Below the pieces are notes generated by a model. The model saw only the letters and a program-made list of their open reading frames with translations, made no database searches and was not told where the DNA came from. Shown one piece after another: positions 61,313 to 64,000 of a DNA stretch of 64,000 bases. Each line of letters starts with the position of its first letter. The stretch's first letter is position 1. The DNA lies in assembly GCA_020137815.1 (NCBI GenBank), contig CM035355.1:8370001-8434000 (forward strand), given 5' to 3'. Made by a program: the position numbers and the translations under genes. This DNA is from Hormiphora californensis. Lineage: Eukaryota > Animalia > Ctenophora.

Positions 61313-62794
61313 TTAATTGTAATCCGAATCGTCCGAAGAATCAGCCAATCGTGGCCAATCATGATCAATCAGTAGATGAAACGAAATAAATGAAGGTAAG
61401 GATTTAGAATTAAGATTATCAAGGTGGGAATAGCAGTAGATAACAAGTGGAGGGGACATTCGTTGGCAGGTTTCAAGTTCTAATAGGAACTTTCCCGTTA
61501 CGTTGTCGCAGTGGTTAATATTTATGGTTTGAAGATATTTTAGGGCTATTATGGCAGCAGCAACTTCACTATCAGTGATATTTGTACCATCCAAAGACAA
61601 TTCAACGAGGGAGAAACACTTCGTTAACCAATGATACCCAGTTGGCAGATGAATAAAGGAAACTGTCAGTTTTCGTAGTTTGTTTAGATTTTGGACTCTT
61701 CCCAATTGCGGGCATTCCATTATTTTTACATTCAGTGAAAGAAGATTCGGACAATTTTCGACAATCAGATCCAAGTATTCGTCCATCACCATGGGAGTAG
61801 AAGTAGGACGGCATCGCAATATAAATTCTATGATTTCCAAGTTTGGCATACATTTTAGTAAAACTTCAAAAAAATTTCGGTGCAGCGGATCCTTGTCATC
61901 CACCATTATTTCTAGTGTCTTCATCATAGGCATCAATGGCATAGCTGGGAGTGGGCGTTTTCGTGGAACTTTACCGATCGTTATAGTATTGATTGCTGAT
62001 GAGAAAACTTGCAATTCTTCAAGAGTGTTGCAGCATCTTCGAAGTGCGATTACTAAATTTAAGGGTGCAAAACAATTAATTTTAAGGGATCTTATTGGAC
62101 TGTTATTTAAAGACAAGGCAATGGATTTCCACACTTTTCGAACGCGTGAGTTTCCATTATGACGTCTATAAGATAAAATGATCTCTAGGTCGATCAATTT
62201 AGGCAAAGTGACAAGCATATCTCTTAACCATGTTTCATCCAAGTCACATTTTACGATACTGAACGTCTCTAGAGTGGGCGGGATGTTGGCAGAAACTGTA
62301 TTCAATCTCCTCAAACTGAGATGGGTAAAACTGAGATGGGTAAGGCTCCTGCACAATCCAACCGCAGTGAAAATTTCACAATTCATTTCAAATCTTGAGA
62401 GATGGATATTGCACAGGTTTTCCTGGGCGGACTGTATTACTTGGGTCAGTTTCTTGGTCAAATACATATCAACCGGTATTAAATTACCATCGATGTACGA
62501 CCATTGTCCGGGAATAAGAAGGTTGTTGATGTGATCAGAATGAAGATACTGAAGCGACGAAACGGCTGACCAGAAAATATTGTACCACCTCCTGCACACC
62601 ATACTACACTCCGACTGATCCTTGTGATCTAGGAGTTTGAAAATAGAGAAGAGGTCATCATCAGATAGCCGGTGAATAGTAGGTTCCCCCTCCCTCTCTG
62701 GGTCGGTAGACCACTCCTCGAATAGTGGGTGGAAATGTTGAACACTATTGTCCGGAATTTCTTCGACTTTACCATCGTCCCCTGATTCTGTCAT
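61313..62794 (-). CDS. F-box/LRR-like protein, single coding exon
   Basis: F-box IHRLSDDDLFSIFKLLDHKDQSECSMVCRRW followed by LxxLxL repeats (CPNLLSLNV, LVELSLDGTNITD). Start placed at ATG 62794 just after an acceptor (TCCCCTCTGTAG); the ORF track extends to 62842. Confidence 0.85.
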   Translation of the reverse strand: MTESGDDGKVEEIPDNSVQHFHPLFEEWSTDPEREGEPTIHRLSDDDLFSIFKLLDHKDQSECSMVCRRWYNIFWSAVSSLQYLHSDHINNLLIPGQWSYIDGNLIPVDMYLTKKLTQVIQSAQENLCNIHLSRFEMNCEIFTAVGLCRSLTHLSFTHLSLRRLNTVSANIPPTLETFSIVKCDLDETWLRDMLVTLPKLIDLEIILSYRRHNGNSRVRKVWKSIALSLNNSPIRSLKINCFAPLNLVIALRRCCNTLEELQVFSSAINTITIGKVPRKRPLPAMPLMPMMKTLEIMVDDKDPLHRNFFEVLLKCMPNLEIIEFILRCRPTSTPMVMDEYLDLIVENCPNLLSLNVKIMECPQLGRVQNLNKLRKLTVSFIHLPTGYHWLTKCFSLVELSLDGTNITDSEVAAAIIALKYLQTININHCDNVTGKFLLELETCQRMSPPLVIYCYSHLDNLNSKSLPSFISFHLLIDHDWPRLADSSDDSDYN

Positions 62795-63403
62795 TGCTAC
62801 AGAGGGGAATGAGGAAAAGTTTTGACAAGTTTTACGGTTCATTTTATTTTAGTGAGGGCTAAGTATGCTGTCTTTGTAGAGCAATATAACCGGGATATTA
62901 CAACCCCGTCATTAAAATTCACTGTGATCATCTTTTCAAACCTGGCCCGTTTTGTGTGTAAATTGTTGCTATAAGATATAGTACTGGTGGGTGCGGTACC
63001 TTCTATCACTGTACTACTCGCCCCCTCTAACATCCTCTAACAGACATCTAGCTAGGGGGCTGTAAACCTAGTATCAGCAAAAAAGAGGGGGGGGGGCGCT
63101 TATTGTCACTTTGTTGTAGATCACTCACTTTATAACAGCTATAGTAGTTGTTTTCGGGTATCATATAAGGGTATCTGTGACTGTGTGATTTCAGACCTGT
63201 TTAGTTCTTAGAAAAGTCTCCTGGTCTCTAATTGGTGATATAACATGATGCTGTACAGTAAAATTGTGCTGCTACCAAGTACCAATTTCCAGTGACTGTT
63301 GTCAGATTTGGTGTTTTGATCTCTCTCCTAATTGTTTTTAATTTCTTTATAGAATTGAACAAGTTTATTAACGCCTAATTTTATTTAGCTAACTGTTGCA
63401 GCT

Positions 63404-63919
63404 ATGAGGACTGTTTTGGTCGTTCTACTTTTTCTAGGGGTTGTCTGTGCTCTTTCAGAAAAGAAAAACCTTCGGAGGACTCTTGGAGTAGAAAAGAAAA
63501 ACCTAAGGAGGACTCTTGGAGTAGAGAAGAAAAACCTAAGGAGGACTCTTGGAGTGGAAAAGAAAAACCTAAGGAGGACTCTTGGAGTAGAGAAGAAAAA
63601 CCTAAGGAGGACTTTGGGGCTGGAAAAGAAAAACCTAAGGAGAACTCTTGGAGTGGAAAAGAAAAACCTAAGGAGAACTCTTGGAGTGGAAAAGAAAAAC
63701 CTTAGGAGGACTTTGGGGCTGGAGAAGAAAAACCTTAGGAGGACTCTTGGAGTAGAAAAGAAAAACCTTAGGAGGACTCTTGGAGTGGAAAAGAAAAACC
63801 TCAGGAGGACTTTGGGAGTAGAAAAGAAAAACCTTAGGAGGACTCTTGGACTGGAAAAGAAAAACCTCAGGAGGACTCTTGGAGTGGAAAAGAAAAACCT
63901 CAGGAGGACTCTTGGATAA
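63404..63919 (+). CDS. Secreted repetitive peptide precursor (signal peptide + 14 x KKNLRRTLG, V/L-E spacers); candidate neuropeptide/bioactive peptide
   Basis: Signal peptide MRTVLVVLLFLGVVCALS; 33-bp repeats differ almost only at synonymous sites; ends in Gly-stop; AATAAA at ~63950. Confidence 0.82.
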   Translation: MRTVLVVLLFLGVVCALSEKKNLRRTLGVEKKNLRRTLGVEKKNLRRTLGVEKKNLRRTLGVEKKNLRRTLGLEKKNLRRTLGVEKKNLRRTLGVEKKNLRRTLGLEKKNLRRTLGVEKKNLRRTLGVEKKNLRRTLGVEKKNLRRTLGLEKKNLRRTLGVEKKNLRRTLG

Positions 63920-64000
63920 AACTTAGAATAAAACTCCGATATGAAAAGGAATAAATTAAATTTAAAACTTTTGTTCCATAAAAACTGTTTCAATAGAAAA

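Noticed and set aside
63385-63993. Minus-strand 202-aa RFFFSTPRVLL ORF
   Set aside because: Antisense shadow. The plus frame has the signal peptide, poly(A) signal and the Gly-stop end.

Overview
Eukaryotic (animal) genomic DNA with spliceosomal introns. It is most likely a ctenophore, possibly Pleurobrachia-like; this is an inference from the compact layout, nested genes, acceptor sites just upstream of start codons and a dispersed CTGATTGG/GTCACGTGAC mini-repeat. Host genes are almost all on the minus strand: RNMT, MED27, PEX12, an orphan class-A GPCR, a sideroflexin (13.5-27.5 kb), an unknown membrane protein, TBC1D19 (30-60.7 kb, with three carbohydrate-sulfotransferase-like paralogs nested in one intron) and an F-box/LRR gene. 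The plus strand carries DNAJC22/wurst and a secreted 14-repeat peptide precursor. Mobile elements are an apparently intact CR1/L2-type LINE, a 5'-truncated R4/Dong-like RLE retrotransposon inserted in a (GA)n tract, and several non-autonomous TIR elements. Four observations stand out. (1) The LINE ORF1 is an AlkB-type 2OG-Fe(II) dioxygenase fused to an SGNH esterase. (2) The RLE element's 3' UTR holds three diverged copies of a ~220-nt RNA module with compensatory base changes and a candidate pseudoknot. (3) Most complex tandem repeats here, including 6-7 kb satellites, appear to be amplified exon-intron junctions. (4) The repeat precursor is a candidate neuropeptide/bioactive peptide gene releasing (KK)NLRRTL-amide. 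Some frameshifts and a homopolymer-rich stretch at ~18.4-19.9 kb look like long-read consensus errors. All homology calls come from motif recognition; no database search was run.
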